Assembly (NCBI GenBank): GCA_001776505.1
Contig: MFBV01000032.1
Coordinates: 1-53,558, forward strand
Direction: 5' to 3'
Origin: Candidatus Curtissbacteria bacterium RIFCSPLOWO2_02_FULL_40_11
GTDB lineage: Bacteria; Patescibacteriota; Microgenomatia; Curtissbacterales; GWA2-41-24
DNA: 53,558 bases
Numbering within the stretch: the first letter of the stretch is position 1; each line of letters starts with the position of its first letter. Below are positions 52,042 to 53,558 of the stretch, one piece after another. A model generated the notes under the pieces. It did not search any database. It saw nothing but the letters and a program-made list of their open reading frames with translations, and was not told the DNA's origin. Both the position numbers and the translations under genes were made by a program.

Positions 52042-53313
52042 CTATCTCCAGGTTCTCAGCCACATAAATCTATCTATTGAACTTACTTCAATTGGCCAAC
52101 CCGTGCTTATTGGAAAGAAATATAAAAATGCGATGGCAATTACGGCCATCAAAAAAATTGCCACGAATTTAAATTTGCTATGATAAATATCACGAAATTC
52201 ATATCCAAGCACTATAGCTAAGAACGGAATAGACGGTAAATAATGGTATAAAAATAAAAGTCTTGGTGTAAATATCCAAGGTAACCAAAATATAAAGTAT
52301 CCAAGTAGGATCAACAAAATTTTCATGCTTCTTCTTTGGACAAACTTACCCACAACATAAGAAGTTGCAACTATTCCCAGCCAAAATACAATTGGATTTC
52401 CAAGTGCGTAGATATAACCGGCGTTTTCACTGCCATAGCCTTCGTACGAAAAATATACGCCTCTGATATTCAGAACCCAAGGGCACCATGATTTTTCAGT
52501 ATCTAAACCGTTAGGAGTGCAAAACAGTGCAGTTGTTCCGTAAGAATGTGAAAGATCACTTCTATTTTGATACCACCAAATTTGCTGATGAAGACCAATA
52601 AATTCATCAATGCTTCGACCTTGCAAGAAATACTGACTATAAGAGCCAAAATACATAAGTGTGGGGATAATTATCAAAAGAAGTGGTTTAAAATTTAACC
52701 TTTTTTCCCGAAAGTCGCAGAGCATAACAAATCCAAAGACTACGGCAATTGCGTAAAGACCTGGCCATTTAGTGGCTACTGCAAAGCCCAAAAAAATAGC
52801 GGTTAACAATAAATTTTTGGTGCTCCGCTTAAGAGTATATAGATACGCAAATACAAACGAACAAACGACGAAAAACGTTAAGAAAATATCATTCATAGTA
52901 ATTCTACTCATCACTAGGGTGAGATTTTCAAAAGCAATAACCAGCGCAGCGAACACAGCAACGGTTGATCCAAAAAGCAAGAAAGCCAATATAAATGTTG
53001 CAGGAACAAGTGCTGTGCCGAAAATTACGCTGGGTAGTCTCCAGGCAAATGGTTTGTCACCGATAATTTTAATAGATGCTGCTTGTATTAACTTGGCAAG
53101 TGGTGGATGAAGCCAATCATAAGCAGTTCCTTCTTCAGGGGGTGGAGAAAATGGGTCGTAAGCTGCCGGTTCGTTGTTTGCATATGCCCTTGCGGTTACA
53201 ACATGATAAACTTCATCAAAATAGTAATGGTCTGGTTCGCCAATTCTGAAAAGTCTTATAGCTAGTGAAAATAATGTGAGTAATATAATGAAGATTACCA
53301 ACTTTTTGGGCAT
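52042..53313 (-). CDS. GT39/PMT_2-family phospholipid-carrier-dependent glycosyltransferase
   Basis: Multi-TM; N-terminal loop FDEVYHVVTA (DE motif), HPPLAKL. Confidence 0.85.
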   Translation of the reverse strand: MPKKLVIFIILLTLFSLAIRLFRIGEPDHYYFDEVYHVVTARAYANNEPAAYDPFSPPPEEGTAYDWLHPPLAKLIQAASIKIIGDKPFAWRLPSVIFGTALVPATFILAFLLFGSTVAVFAALVIAFENLTLVMSRITMNDIFLTFFVVCSFVFAYLYTLKRSTKNLLLTAIFLGFAVATKWPGLYAIAVVFGFVMLCDFREKRLNFKPLLLIIIPTLMYFGSYSQYFLQGRSIDEFIGLHQQIWWYQNRSDLSHSYGTTALFCTPNGLDTEKSWCPWVLNIRGVYFSYEGYGSENAGYIYALGNPIVFWLGIVATSYVVGKFVQRRSMKILLILLGYFIFWLPWIFTPRLLFLYHYLPSIPFLAIVLGYEFRDIYHSKFKFVAIFLMAVIAIAFLYFFPISTGWPIEVSSIDRFMWLRTWR

Positions 53314-53315
53314 GT

Positions 53316-53558
53316 CTAATTAATTTTATCTTTATTAAGTTCCCAAATTCCATATGCGACTTCTCCGTTTGGATACTTAATATGCTGAAGCAATTTTGTT
53401 CCTTGTATATGCTTATTAGTTACATACAAGCTTTTTTCATTTTTACTTGATAGACTGGAAAAATCTGCTTCGAAGACATATTTACCTATCGTATTCCTGT
53501 CTAACGCTTTTTGGTACAACCCAGGATCAATTTTTAGATACCAAAGTATTGCAATATT
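53316..53558 (-). CDS. C-terminal part of an ORF that continues past the window edge
   Basis: Frame is open upstream of the TTG at 53519 to nt 53558 (NIAILWYLKIDPG...); product unknown. Confidence 0.5.
   Translation of the reverse strand, partial: NIAILWYLKIDPGLYQKALDRNTIGKYVFEADFSSLSSKNEKSLYVTNKHIQGTKLLQHIKYPNGEVAYGIWELNKDKIN

Noticed and set aside
152-53110. Many 60-150 aa ORFs in the track lie antisense to or out of frame within conserved genes, e.g. 152-436, 1004-1213, 8442-9068, 16790-17014, 19552-20550, 27129-28220, 30007-30392, 33437-33824, 34328-34639, 48275-48697, 51195-51656, 52772-53110
   Set aside because: They are embedded in genes with unmistakable conserved products on the other strand or frame. 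They have low-complexity or skewed composition and no start context, so I treat them as shadow ORFs.
1-53558. Alternative genetic code (UGA recoding as in Gracilibacteria/Absconditabacteria)
   Set aside because: Several well-defined genes (trpC, rpmJ, rplD, adk, rpsK, rplX) end at TGA exactly where homologues end, so TGA is a stop codon here.
1-53558. Diversity-generating retroelement, retron, or intein/intron in rpoB, rpoC or recA
   Set aside because: No reverse-transcriptase-like ORF and no template/variable repeat pair was seen. The large genes read continuously through their conserved blocks without endonuclease-like or splicing-domain inserts.

Overview
AT-rich window that looks like the core information-processing locus of a small-genome bacterium, probably Candidate Phyla Radiation/Patescibacteria. 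Support for that: no rpmD (L30) between rpsE and rplO, Zn-type S14, many K/E-rich ribosomal-protein extensions, a short alaS, and standard code with TGA used as stop. Gene order is ftsK(partial)-rodZ-like-DUF948/YtxH-alaS-surface proteins-sortase-[AbrB/VapC cassette]-trpC-[orphan gene]-ruvX-mltG-rpoB-rpoC-rpsL-rpsG-[about 2 kb island]-fusA-tuf-[orphan ORF]-S10/spc/alpha ribosomal operons-secY-adk-map-infA-rpmJ-...-rplM-rpsI-tRNA-Pro-recA-recX-rny-hup-dgkA-miaB-GT39. No rRNA, CRISPR array, reverse transcriptase or recognisable multi-gene defence locus was seen. Four things stand out. (1) Three small accessory insertions are each bounded by a ghost copy of the adjacent core-gene terminus (sortase 3' end, ruvX promoter plus 5' end, fusA 5' end); the ghosts differ from the live copies almost only at synonymous sites, which points to import from a diverged relative. 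(2) A conserved ~95-nt structured leader or operator sits upstream of rpsL and rpsM, with a shorter covarying variant upstream of rpsN; its hairpin pairs an AAGGAG with a CUCCUUA that matches the 16S 3' tail. (3) An IS200/RayT-like Y1 transposase with perfect 19-bp inverted repeats, plus a Gre-factor N-domain-only protein, lie inside the str operon. (4) GC-rich hairpin modules are inserted in frame into conserved genes (ytxH-like, rplC, rplW, miaB), and alaS carries a heptanucleotide repeat.
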